NCBI GenBank assembly: GCA_964440295.1
Contig: CAYTRT010000017.1
Span: 1 to 24,000, forward strand
DNA: 24,000 nt
Reading direction: 5' to 3'
DNA from: an uncultured Nitrososphaeria archaeon
Lineage (GTDB): Archaea; Thermoproteota; Nitrososphaeria_A; Caldarchaeales; Calditenuaceae
The notes under the pieces are model-generated. The model saw only the letters and a list, made by a program, of their open reading frames with translations. It did not search any database and had not been told where the DNA came from. Positions 1 to 9,767 of this stretch are shown here, one piece after another. Each line of letters begins with the position of its first letter. The first letter of the stretch is position 1. The position numbers were made by a program, and so were the translations under genes.

Positions 1-50
1 TGTTTCTCGGTTATCAGCCGAGCGCTCCAGCCAGGCTGAGCTACGGGCCC
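1..50 (-). tRNA. tRNA-Ile (anticodon GAU), 5' portion only; the 3' part lies beyond the window edge
   Basis: The reverse complement of 1-50 reads GGGCCCG-TA-GCTC-AGCCTGGCTG-GAGC-G-CTCGG-CTGATAA-CCGAG-AAACA. This gives an acceptor-stem 5' half, a D arm, and a 5-bp anticodon stem closing a 7-nt loop with GAT at positions 34-36. The sequence runs off the window in the variable region. Confidence 0.8.
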
Positions 51-76
51 ACGCCGAGCACTAATAATCACTCTCC

Positions 77-84
77 ATATTTAA
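77..84 (-). promoter_or_regulatory. TATA-like box upstream of tRNA-Ile
   Basis: The minus strand reads AAAGATTAAATATGG. The TTAAATAT core lies 27-34 nt upstream of tRNA position 1 (nt 50), the spacing expected for an archaeal TATA box. Confidence 0.5.
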
Positions 85-302
85 TCTTTTGCTTCCACCT
101 AAGGAGCAAGCACACAATACTTTGGAAATAGTCAGTAAAAAGGATGGAAGAGCCATCTATTCAACTCCAAGTCTGAGGAATGAGTGTTTTGAGGCCTCGG
201 GACGAAAATGTAGGACTGGTATCCCCGTTCGAAACCAAGAAAAAATTGAAGCTTTCTTTGTAATTGTTTTTGATTGTGTATTTTTGTTAATTCTTGCATC
301 GT

Positions 303-920
303 TTAAAGATGACAGTGTTCTTCATATTCATGATTAAGGCTGGAATTCTGAGCTGCACGGCGAATTCTTAGGCATGCTATCTCCTCGAAGAATATTCGCC
401 TAAAACTTACGACCTCAATCTCTAGCCCGTGAGTACGTATCGTTTCTAGCAGTCTTTTCTGGTCGCTGAGCGATGAGGAGATTAAATACAGTTGGCTCCC
501 CCTCTCTAGGAATGGCAGAGCCTGTTTAATTAGGTGCTCCGACACTTCGATGCCCGATGGTCCTCCATGAATGGCCGGGTCATAGAACTCATCGTCTAGT
601 GGCAGGTATGGCGGATTAGAAACTATTAGGTCTAATTTGGCTGATATATGAATTGGGCTAAGCCCGTCACCAATAATTATGTGGACATTGCTCATGACGC
701 ATCCAAGGTTTTCTCTCGCCAAGTATGCTGACTGGGCGTCCTTTTCAATCGCGACTACCTCTATTGATTTTTCTGCTAGTATCTTTGTGATATAGCCGGT
801 TCCACATCCAACTTCAGCAGAGCGTCCTACATTTTCTATCCTCATTAAAGAATCTTCAAGTAGCCATGTATCCTCAGCTGGGCCGTAGGGAACATTGCCA
901 GACATTCTTAAACTAGACAT
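303..920 (-). CDS. Protein N5-glutamine methyltransferase, Mtq2/PrmC (HemK-related) family
   Basis: 205-aa ORF. The N-terminal PYGPAEDTWLLEDSL resembles the YEPAEDTFLL signature of Mtq2/N6AMT1. It has a SAM-binding VGCGTGYI motif and a catalytic NPPY motif (VSNPPYLP). It lies 36 nt downstream of aRF1 on the same strand. Confidence 0.8.
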   Translation of the reverse strand: MSSLRMSGNVPYGPAEDTWLLEDSLMRIENVGRSAEVGCGTGYITKILAEKSIEVVAIEKDAQSAYLARENLGCVMSNVHIIIGDGLSPIHISAKLDLIVSNPPYLPLDDEFYDPAIHGGPSGIEVSEHLIKQALPFLERGSQLYLISSSLSDQKRLLETIRTHGLEIEVVSFRRIFFEEIACLRIRRAAQNSSLNHEYEEHCHL

Positions 921-956
921 GTCTAAGGAGTATTTTGGGTTTAGGGCGTCGATGTG

Positions 957-2207
957 TCAGAGGTTGTATTGATGCCCCTTAAGGACTCCGGCCAGCCCCA
1001 TGAAGGCTTTCTTAAACATCTCTCCAGACTCGTGAGCTGAAGACACGAGCTCTACCTTCGTACCAGCATCCTCGGCCTCTCTTATCAAAACATCAATCAA
1101 AAACTCTTCTGAAGCTTTAGTCAGAGAAAGCATGCCGCAGTTTGGGCACTTCTCAGCGAGGCGCTGGGGGAGCTTAGAGACAAGCTCATCGCTTGTTAAT
1201 GAAAGCTTCTCGCTGTATCCACACGAACTACATTTAACCTCGACCTCCCACTTGTCTAGGTCCTCGCTAATGACTAGGAGGGCAAGCTGCTTGTTCCTTA
1301 GCGCTTGTCTTACCTGTTTTTCGCCGTAGATGACTCCTCCAGCGTTGGATGCCATCCAGATAATCTTATCTATGAGTCGCCTCTCCTCTACAAGGCGTAG
1401 CTCTCTTAACTGTTCGGATGCCTTGTCTATCGCCTCTCTGACTCCCTCCTCTCCCGAATACGAAGTGTCGACCACGTATATCTTGTCTCGGAGAGTGTAG
1501 TGCAATAAGTCGCCCTTGCTGAAGATCTCCTTTGTAGGTCCCGGACCGGCTATTATTATCGCCTTTATTTCTGGGTACTTCAGGAACATCTCGTTTGCGT
1601 GGTCGGCCACTCTCTTATAATAGTCAGTCAGTGCTTGTTCTCTGAGTCTCTCGAATCGTCTGGCAGACTGGCCGCCCGCCCTATGCTTGCCCGGAACACC
1701 CGAAGTGTATGTCTGAATCTCTGTTATTGAGCGGCCCTTAAGAACGGCGACCGCGGCCTCCTCATTATCAACCACCAAGACGCCATACACATCTCTCTCC
1801 TTGACCAAGTCCTTAAGAGGCTCCAGATGAAACTTGCTATCACACCGATAAAGGAAAATATTAATAGGCATGGGCGGTATAATGTGATATACCTCTATTT
1901 TTTCTGTTCCCGGGCCATTTTGCGGTATTGCTCCACTGAAAACTATTATGCCATTCTCGCCGGCATCGCTGAAAAGTTTTAACCGCTGTATAGCGCTCTC
2001 AATCGCGTCCATGACGTTCTTCCTAGTCGACTTGGACTTGATGTTTGAGGCGGTTGCGTATTCCTGCCTGAGATAGGCTATAACTTCGTCGATTCGTCTA
2101 CCGGGAGGCACGTAGATACTAACTAGTTCGGTTCCTCGGCCCTCCTTTTTTTCCAACTCTTCTATCATGCGTTTAAATTTGTAAAGTGTTACAGAATCAT
2201 ACTTCAT
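957..2207 (-). CDS. prf1: Peptide chain release factor aRF1
   Basis: 416-aa ORF with a NIKS motif (TASNIKSKSTRKNV) and a GGQ motif (HRAGGQSARRF). AGGTG lies 8 nt upstream of the ATG. The C-domain carries a CSSC...CPNC four-cysteine insertion. Confidence 0.95.
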   Translation of the reverse strand: MKYDSVTLYKFKRMIEELEKKEGRGTELVSIYVPPGRRIDEVIAYLRQEYATASNIKSKSTRKNVMDAIESAIQRLKLFSDAGENGIIVFSGAIPQNGPGTEKIEVYHIIPPMPINIFLYRCDSKFHLEPLKDLVKERDVYGVLVVDNEEAAVAVLKGRSITEIQTYTSGVPGKHRAGGQSARRFERLREQALTDYYKRVADHANEMFLKYPEIKAIIIAGPGPTKEIFSKGDLLHYTLRDKIYVVDTSYSGEEGVREAIDKASEQLRELRLVEERRLIDKIIWMASNAGGVIYGEKQVRQALRNKQLALLVISEDLDKWEVEVKCSSCGYSEKLSLTSDELVSKLPQRLAEKCPNCGMLSLTKASEEFLIDVLIREAEDAGTKVELVSSAHESGEMFKKAFMGLAGVLKGHQYNL

Positions 2208-2331
2208 GCTAAGTACACCTGGCGACTAGTGGTTAGGGATGTTTAGGAATTTCATTGTTAAGTCGCTGTATTGATTAAACGTCAGAACTGTTTAATAAGT
2301 CTGACTAGCCGTGAGGACGCTATTAATTAAG

Positions 2332-2341
2332 CTATAATATA
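2332..2341 (+). promoter_or_regulatory. TATA-like box for pyrH (leaderless-type spacing)
   Basis: CTATAATATA is centred about 28 nt upstream of the ATG at 2364. No SD sequence lies between them. Confidence 0.45.
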
Positions 2342-2363
2342 CTACGTTGCTGGATAATTATGT

Positions 2364-3044
2364 ATGTCCTTGGTGCTGAAGATAGGGGGGCATCTCTTCC
2401 ACAGGGATCAACTTGACCATAAATTCATTAGAAACGTCGCCGAGACCCTCAGGCAGACCCTACGACCTGAAGATAAATGGGTAGTAGTCGTGGGCGGCGG
2501 AGGGGGTGCAAGACGCTTCATAGATGCCGCGAGAAGCCTCGGCGCAGACGAGACTATATGCGACGAGATCGCGATACAGGTCACGAGAATACATGCGATG
2601 CTGTTTATCGAAGCCCTTAGAGATGTCGCTTATCCCTCAGTCCCTAAGAACACCTCTGAACTCAGAGAAGCATTGGTAAATTCTAATCTCGCCGTTGTCG
2701 GAGGCTTCTGGCCGGGACAATCAACCTTTGCGGTTGCATCTCTATGCGCCCAAGCAATTAGAGCACCTAGAATGATTGTCGCGACCGACGTCGCCGGTGT
2801 TTATGACTCCGATCCCAAAGTAAACCCGACGGCTAGGCTTATTCCTCGAATGACTTATTCAGAGCTCTGGAAACTGCTTGCTACAACATCTCACCGTGCG
2901 GGTGAATACCAATTAATAGACTCGGTTGGGCTTACCATGCTTGAGAGATCAAGGACGAAGTTGCTCTTCATAGATGGTAGAAATGTTGAGAACATTAGAC
3001 GCGCCATACTGTATAATGAAGCGGGAACAATAGTTGAGCCGTAG
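2364..3044 (+). CDS. pyrH: UMP kinase, archaeal type (amino acid kinase fold)
   Basis: 226-aa ORF. Motifs are VLKIGGHLF, VVVGGGGGARRFI, GGFWPGQSTFAVA and ATDVAGVYDSDPKVNP. The length and motif order match archaeal PyrH such as the Sulfolobus enzyme, as I recall it. Confidence 0.88.
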   Translation: MSLVLKIGGHLFHRDQLDHKFIRNVAETLRQTLRPEDKWVVVVGGGGGARRFIDAARSLGADETICDEIAIQVTRIHAMLFIEALRDVAYPSVPKNTSELREALVNSNLAVVGGFWPGQSTFAVASLCAQAIRAPRMIVATDVAGVYDSDPKVNPTARLIPRMTYSELWKLLATTSHRAGEYQLIDSVGLTMLERSRTKLLFIDGRNVENIRRAILYNEAGTIVEP

Positions 3045-3099
3045 CAAGATCAGAGATATATTTCGGGATGACTAATCACTAGTCGTCAAAGATAGAGTC

Positions 3100-4110
3100 A
3101 TGAAGATCGCGATAGTGGGAGGCGGAGTTGCCGGCTCCTATCTGGCACAGCTCCTAAAAGACAATCACGGCGTAGTCGTCTATGAGCGGCAGGAAAGAGA
3201 TAAGTTCTTCCCAATATGTGCGTGGGGGACAAGCCTGAATGAGCTGCGTCAACTGGCGGGAAAAATAGGGCTAAACTTCGACGACTATGTGTACCACGTG
3301 GGAAAGCGGATGCTTGTTCAGGTCAAAGACGAGATGATCGAGATCAAGCTCAAGGGACTATGCACGTTCGATAAACTTAGGCTCATTAAAGACATGCACC
3401 GCGACATCAGGCTGTTCTATGGCTCAAGAATTATTAGTCCCCCAAATGATGGGAGCGACCTCATCATAGACGCTACGGGCTTTAACAGAACACTCCTTCC
3501 AAGAATAAGGAAAGACTACTATATTCCAACAGTTGAGTACAGGGTGAAGTATAGAGACCCTCCCTTCGATGATTTTTACATAAAGCCAATTGACAAACTA
3601 TCCGGGTATCTCTGGTATTTTCCGTTAGGTGATGGGATCTACCATGTCGGTGCAGGAGATTACTATAAGAACCATGAGAAATATCTAAACGAGTTTTTAC
3701 AGAAATACAAGGGCGAAATATTGATGAAGACAGGCAGGCCTGTAAGAATAACGCCCCCACACCTCTCAACGCCGATCCTTGACGAAAATATAGTCGGAGT
3801 TGGAGAAAGCATAGGAACCGTTTATCCAATTCTTGGCGAGGGAATCATACCAAGCATGCAATCGGCAGAAATACTAGCTAAGCATATCGAGAACAATAGT
3901 CTGGACAAGTATCCAGAAGACATTATGAATCATTTCGACATATTCTATAAACTGTTCGTTTTTATTCAGAAAAAATTTAGCGGAAAATTTAGGCTCATGC
4001 GCGACTTCGGGCTCCTAGTATCTCCAATAATCTACATGAAGAGGCGTGAAGAAAGATTCGGCTTAGAGGTTAGGCTTAGGGATTGGCTGAAAATAGTTAG
4101 GAGCTACTGA
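3100..4110 (+). CDS. FAD/NAD(P)-binding oxidoreductase, geranylgeranyl-reductase-like family (short form)
   Basis: 336-aa ORF with an N-terminal Rossmann dinucleotide motif, MKIAIVGGGVAGSYLA...VYER. A GD-type motif sits near residue 185 (HVGAGD). The substrate cannot be assigned from sequence. Confidence 0.6.
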   Translation: MKIAIVGGGVAGSYLAQLLKDNHGVVVYERQERDKFFPICAWGTSLNELRQLAGKIGLNFDDYVYHVGKRMLVQVKDEMIEIKLKGLCTFDKLRLIKDMHRDIRLFYGSRIISPPNDGSDLIIDATGFNRTLLPRIRKDYYIPTVEYRVKYRDPPFDDFYIKPIDKLSGYLWYFPLGDGIYHVGAGDYYKNHEKYLNEFLQKYKGEILMKTGRPVRITPPHLSTPILDENIVGVGESIGTVYPILGEGIIPSMQSAEILAKHIENNSLDKYPEDIMNHFDIFYKLFVFIQKKFSGKFRLMRDFGLLVSPIIYMKRREERFGLEVRLRDWLKIVRSY

Positions 4111-4188
4111 TTAGCAAATAGCTCGATAATATTTCTGGCATTGATGAAGTATTTATCGTTCAGAGTGGATAGTCAGTGATGAGCAGAG

Positions 4189-5115
4189 ATGAGTGAACCG
4201 GTAAGAGACATAAAAATAGACAAGGATACTGACCTGAACGCGATTTTTGAGATGATGCTCAGGTCTGGGGGGTTTATGTCCGTGAACCTCGCGATGGCTA
4301 AGGAGATATTAGTTGAGATGTTTAGGAGGAGTGATTGCCTTAAGATATTATCGTTTACTGGCAACTTAATGGCTACAGGCCTGCGGGGGATACTGACCGA
4401 CATGATTCGGCGCCGCCTCTTCAACATAGTCATCACTACTTGTGCCACACTTGATCACGACCTCGCTAGAAGTAGGGCAAACTATGAATGTGGAAGTTTC
4501 GACCTCGACGACTATGAACTCCGGCGAATGAACATCCACAGATTAGGCAATGTGCTAATAAAGAATTCTAGCTACGGAGAAGTAATAGAGAGAGAAATCA
4601 GAGAATTGATGGCAAAAATGTCTGATATTGACCACTTATCTACGCATGAATTCTGTTGGAGACTGGGAGAACACATCGGAAGTGAAGACTCATTCCTATA
4701 CTGGTGTTGGAGAGAGCAGGTTCCCGTAATTGTTCCAGGCATAGTCGACGGTGCGGTTGGATTCCATGTATGGCTTAACACGCAAACAAGGCGATTCTAC
4801 TTTGACTTGTTGCGTGACGAATCGCTATTAAGCGATGCTCTCTGGAAAGCAGAAACCGCTGGAGCGTTAATAGTTGGTGGAGGAATATCTAAGCATCACG
4901 CTTTGTGGTGGGGGCAGTTCAGCGGCGAAGGACTGGAATACGCGGTATACATCACTACGGCGACCGAATACGACGGAAGCTTAAGCGGTGCCAGACCGAG
5001 AGAGGCAATATCTTGGAGAAAATTGTCAGCGAGCTCGAAGCACGTATTCGTGAACTCTGACGCAACAATTGTTCTGCCTTTTCTATACTCAGCTATAGTT
5101 AAGACGCTTCCATGA
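4189..5115 (+). CDS. Deoxyhypusine synthase family protein, paralog A (eukaryote/crenarchaeal-like C-terminal half)
   Basis: 308-aa ORF. Motifs are GGFMSVNLAMAKEIL, FTGNLMATGLR, VITTCATLDHDL, VPGIVDGAVG, LIVGGGISKHH and YITTATEYDGSLSGARPREAISWRK. The last aligns to the human DHS FDGSDSGARPDEAVSWGK segment that holds the catalytic Lys. Confidence 0.85.
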   Translation: MSEPVRDIKIDKDTDLNAIFEMMLRSGGFMSVNLAMAKEILVEMFRRSDCLKILSFTGNLMATGLRGILTDMIRRRLFNIVITTCATLDHDLARSRANYECGSFDLDDYELRRMNIHRLGNVLIKNSSYGEVIEREIRELMAKMSDIDHLSTHEFCWRLGEHIGSEDSFLYWCWREQVPVIVPGIVDGAVGFHVWLNTQTRRFYFDLLRDESLLSDALWKAETAGALIVGGGISKHHALWWGQFSGEGLEYAVYITTATEYDGSLSGARPREAISWRKLSASSKHVFVNSDATIVLPFLYSAIVKTLP

Positions 5116-5142
5116 TGCTTGTCTTTATTTGCTCTGCCGCTA

Positions 5143-6192
5143 CTAAGTTACTGAACTAAATACCCAGGAAAGGTCTGGTCCTTTCCTCGGCTGCTTGATG
5201 AGTTCGTGTAAGGAGTGGGCCAGTAGTGGCAGCGCTATCGTTGCGTCGCAGAAACACTGGGCATTCATTCCACCTTTCATCTCTTTGCCCCAGCTTTTTC
5301 CCTCTTCTAGTGTTGCGCCAGATAGTCCTCCCCAATGTGGACTATCTACAGTTATCTGAATTGCATACTTATGGGGTCTGGTTTTGGTGTAGTCGCCTGA
5401 CAGCAGTAAGTCGACAGATACGGCTGATAACTGTATAAAATCTTTGGGCACGCCTCCACCAATAAAAATGGCCGCGCTGTTCTTAGACCGCGATTTAATC
5501 TTGATGAGTAGCTCATAGTCTTTGAACTGGTCCACCAAGAGACTAAACTCTTTATCCCTGTATCGGTTGTGGATATACGCGACTCCGAATCCGCTATCGA
5601 CTATCGCTGGACAGAATATTGGGACCTTATGCCTGCTGGCTGAGGTTACTATTCCATCAACGCCCCTTTCTTCAAGCCACTTGCCTAATAGGTAGAGCAG
5701 TTCAGGCGAGGCGAGTGCCTTCCTATCACGAAGCGTTAGCATGAATTCTCCGAGCATTTTTTCCATCGATATGTAGTCCTGCTCCTTCACGTAGACATCG
5801 TAGAATCTGTAGATTCCCTTCTTTCTTAAGAGGTCGTCATCGACTAGTGGGCTTCCTCTCCAATATCTGTATCCCATAGCTTCTATCAAGTCTTCGGTGA
5901 TGTTCGCCCCTGTTGAGACCAGTACATCTATGTATCTGTTCTCTATGAGCCACTTAACTATTCGCCACTGCCCAGTTGTGCTTAAACTTCCGGCGTAGCC
6001 CATCATTATCACGGTGTCTTCATCCCTCAGGGCTCTGACCCATACGTCAAGTGCTTCACCGAGTTTTCTTCCCTGAAATCCAGTAAGACTCATAGCTGTT
6101 AATAGGTCAGATATCTTACGCTCCTTAACCTCAATAGACGTTAAAGGCCCTGCAACATACTCATCCAAATTATCAAGAATTTTCTCAGGCAT
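5143..6192 (-). CDS. dys: Deoxyhypusine synthase family protein, paralog B (COG1899-type)
   Basis: 349-aa ORF. Motifs are TGFQGRKLGEAL, GYAGSLSTTGQ, DVLVSTGANITEDL, CPAIVDSGFG, IFIGGGVPKDF and ITVDSPHWGGLSGATLEEGKSWGK. It converges on paralog A with a 27-nt gap. Confidence 0.85.
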   Translation of the reverse strand: MPEKILDNLDEYVAGPLTSIEVKERKISDLLTAMSLTGFQGRKLGEALDVWVRALRDEDTVIMMGYAGSLSTTGQWRIVKWLIENRYIDVLVSTGANITEDLIEAMGYRYWRGSPLVDDDLLRKKGIYRFYDVYVKEQDYISMEKMLGEFMLTLRDRKALASPELLYLLGKWLEERGVDGIVTSASRHKVPIFCPAIVDSGFGVAYIHNRYRDKEFSLLVDQFKDYELLIKIKSRSKNSAAIFIGGGVPKDFIQLSAVSVDLLLSGDYTKTRPHKYAIQITVDSPHWGGLSGATLEEGKSWGKEMKGGMNAQCFCDATIALPLLAHSLHELIKQPRKGPDLSWVFSSVT

Positions 6193-6255
6193 GACTTCGT
6201 CTTTCTAAAAGAACTTATTACTTTATATAGCTTGACCTAAGCGATGCAGCTGCGT

Positions 6256-6996
6256 CTACTCGACGAGGCTCGTCCTCTTCATCATGTATCTCTCATAGTT
6301 ATTGTTTATGATTTGTGAAACTTCATCGACTGAAATTTTTTTAATTTCAGAGATTATTTTAAGCGTCTGTAAAATCATTGTTGAGTCAAGCCTTAGAGAC
6401 CTGTAGACATATGGGCCGTCACTCTCAGTCAAAAGTATTTCTTCGCTTGTTTTCTCGATTATTTTTCTCTGCTTTGCCTGAATGGTGGCCGTGGGATTTA
6501 TGCTGATAAAGTATCCATGGTCCTTGATCTCTTTTAATAAATGCTCGGGTCCGGTATACCAGTGAAAGAGCACCGACGGAGCTTCGCTCTTCACGACGCA
6601 GGCTAATGCCTCGCTCCAAGCAGAGTAAGAATGTACATTTAGGGGTAGATTTCGCTCTGCCGCAATTCTACAAAATTCCTCAAATATTTTTAGTTGAAGA
6701 TCCTTCGGAGCTTTAGAAAATCTGAAGTCTAAACCCACTTCGCCCAATCCAGCCACTTCTTTTGTGCTATTCAGTAAATTTTTAAGTAGTATGAGTTCTT
6801 CCATAATCGAGTTATTTGTATTCCATGGGTGAAGACCAACGAAAGGAACAATATTCCTTATCTTCCTTGATAACAGGAATGTCTTCACCGATGAATTGTA
6901 GTCCTCTGAGACGGCAATTATCGTTATTTTTTCATAATTTGCATATTCTTCTTTACGGTAGGCATGGAAGTGGCAGTGGGCGTCTATTAGCCTCAT
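6256..6996 (-). CDS. tatD: TatD-family metal-dependent hydrolase/DNase
   Basis: 246-aa ORF with an N-terminal LIDAHCHFH metal-binding motif, GEVGLDF, and later NVHS, FHWYTG and ESDGPY motifs. Its start codon lies 1 nt after the pyrG stop, so the two are probably co-transcribed. Confidence 0.85.
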   Translation of the reverse strand: MRLIDAHCHFHAYRKEEYANYEKITIIAVSEDYNSSVKTFLLSRKIRNIVPFVGLHPWNTNNSIMEELILLKNLLNSTKEVAGLGEVGLDFRFSKAPKDLQLKIFEEFCRIAAERNLPLNVHSYSAWSEALACVVKSEAPSVLFHWYTGPEHLLKEIKDHGYFISINPTATIQAKQRKIIEKTSEEILLTESDGPYVYRSLRLDSTMILQTLKIISEIKKISVDEVSQIINNNYERYMMKRTSLVE

Positions 6997-6997
6997 T

Positions 6998-8653
<1,656 letters not shown>

Positions 8654-8703
8654 TTATAGCGTTTCTTGAAAATTCGCTATTTACGTCTTTCGCCCCGGAG
8701 GAA

Positions 8704-9756
8704 ATGGTTAAAAACCCCTACATTATAGTGGGGACAGAAATGCGTATTGGCCTGCTGGGAACCACGGGCTATATCTTGTCCACCATAGTCATATTGATGC
8801 TTCTGTCACAGCTATCTAGTTTTCCTGCCTTAAAGGGCGTGTCTTTTGTTTTTATCATCGCGGCAATAGCATACCTAGTAGGCATAGTCCTTAGAGGAAT
8901 CTTCTGGCTAAGGCTGGGCTCTCAGACAAATCATAGGTATTTCAAATCATTATCAGTCCTTGTAATCTTATTAGGGATAATAGCCTCCTCGTTTGTGCTG
9001 TATCTCGCGTATCTGCGTTATCCAGACCTATCAGGGCCTATAATTAACGAAGGTATCTTTCTAAAGACCGCTATATCGCTATGGGCTGTTTACACCATTG
9101 CAGAGGCGGGAGGATACTTTTCATACGCACGTTTCTTCGGCATCAGGACAGCATACATAGGGACGATCAGCCTACCAGCAGTAGCACTACTGATTTACCA
9201 GACACTCACCTCAGAATCCATCTCATTCCTAACGCAGCCCCAGAGCCTCATCCCATCTGTGTCGCTATTCATTTTATTGGGCTCTGCTGTAGCGATCAGC
9301 TATAGCTCATTCGTAATTAAGATTGACGTTGCCGTAAAGAAGCCGGAAAAAGAAGAGCAAGACGAATTGGAAAAACTATTGTTTGGGGAGCCTCCTCTTA
9401 GAAGAGAAGCTACGCTCAGCGGATCTGTAATTGATCGAGCCAAGAGTCCTAGAAGTCCAACAGTTATTCAGGCTTATTCGCCGAGCTCAGCGCCTAGCCA
9501 GCTCGCCCCGTCGGCTATGATTATTGTCGAGGTAATAAGCAGGTCTAATGAGGCTTTCTGCCCTAATTGTGGCTCCACTCTTCCTATTGGGTCAAACTCC
9601 TGTCCTTCGTGTGGTCATCGACTGTATGAGCCGCGTCCCGGACTTAAATGTCCAGTATGTGGTGCACCTCTAGGCTACTCAAAGAGAATCACGAGTGATC
9701 ATAGAGTGTGTGGGATTTGTTTTTCTGACCTAAGGCTGAGGCAGTCATGGGTATAG
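8704..9756 (+). CDS. Polytopic membrane protein with a C-terminal double zinc ribbon (uncharacterised)
   Basis: 350-aa ORF with about 7 hydrophobic segments in residues 1-205. A charged, Ser/Pro-rich linker follows. The C-terminus has CPNCG-x10-CPSCG and CPVCG-x16-CGIC. GGAGG lies just upstream of the ATG, and M13 is a possible alternative start. Confidence 0.6.
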   Translation: MVKNPYIIVGTEMRIGLLGTTGYILSTIVILMLLSQLSSFPALKGVSFVFIIAAIAYLVGIVLRGIFWLRLGSQTNHRYFKSLSVLVILLGIIASSFVLYLAYLRYPDLSGPIINEGIFLKTAISLWAVYTIAEAGGYFSYARFFGIRTAYIGTISLPAVALLIYQTLTSESISFLTQPQSLIPSVSLFILLGSAVAISYSSFVIKIDVAVKKPEKEEQDELEKLLFGEPPLRREATLSGSVIDRAKSPRSPTVIQAYSPSSAPSQLAPSAMIIVEVISRSNEAFCPNCGSTLPIGSNSCPSCGHRLYEPRPGLKCPVCGAPLGYSKRITSDHRVCGICFSDLRLRQSWV

Positions 9757-9767
9757 TAAGCAAATAC

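Noticed and set aside
89-337. An 82-aa plus-strand ORF, and more generally the ~250-nt gap (51-302) between tRNA-Ile and the methyltransferase gene. I considered a small protein or an ncRNA.
   Set aside because: The ORF has no recognisable motif, an odd composition, and a hydrophobic, Phe-rich tail read from an A/T-rich terminator-like stretch. It also overlaps the 3' end of the methyltransferase gene. I found only weak, bulged hairpins (for example 91-99 with 142-153, and CGGGA...TCCCG around 198-228). A GTTCGAAAC T-loop-like string lacks flanking stem complementarity. There is not enough here to call an RNA gene.
1132-1329. Antisense or alternative-frame ORFs inside well-supported genes. 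Examples are 1132-1329, 3482-3829, 4173-4448, 4572-4781, 5226-5438, 6425-6619, 6816-7118, 7214-7682, 7905-8308, 9081-9305, 11122-11445, 11684-12030, 12137-12488, 13165-13347, 13467-13868, 13895-14080, 14528-15190, 15233-15738, 17003-17254, 17915-18244, 19337-19615, 19925-20170, 20564-20902, 20895-21221 and 21765-22061.
   Set aside because: Each overlaps a gene with clear family motifs on the other strand or in another frame. Their translations are low-complexity (Ser/Leu/Arg/Pro-rich) and have no recognisable domains.
4142-4182. TGATGA (4142-4147) and GTGATGA (4176-4182), C-box-like motifs upstream of DHS paralog A. I considered a C/D-box sRNA.
   Set aside because: No CTGA D or D' boxes occur at the required spacing of about 12 nt from the C-box-like motifs. 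The nearest CTGA on the plus strand is about 45 nt downstream, inside the CDS. There is also no terminal-stem complementarity.
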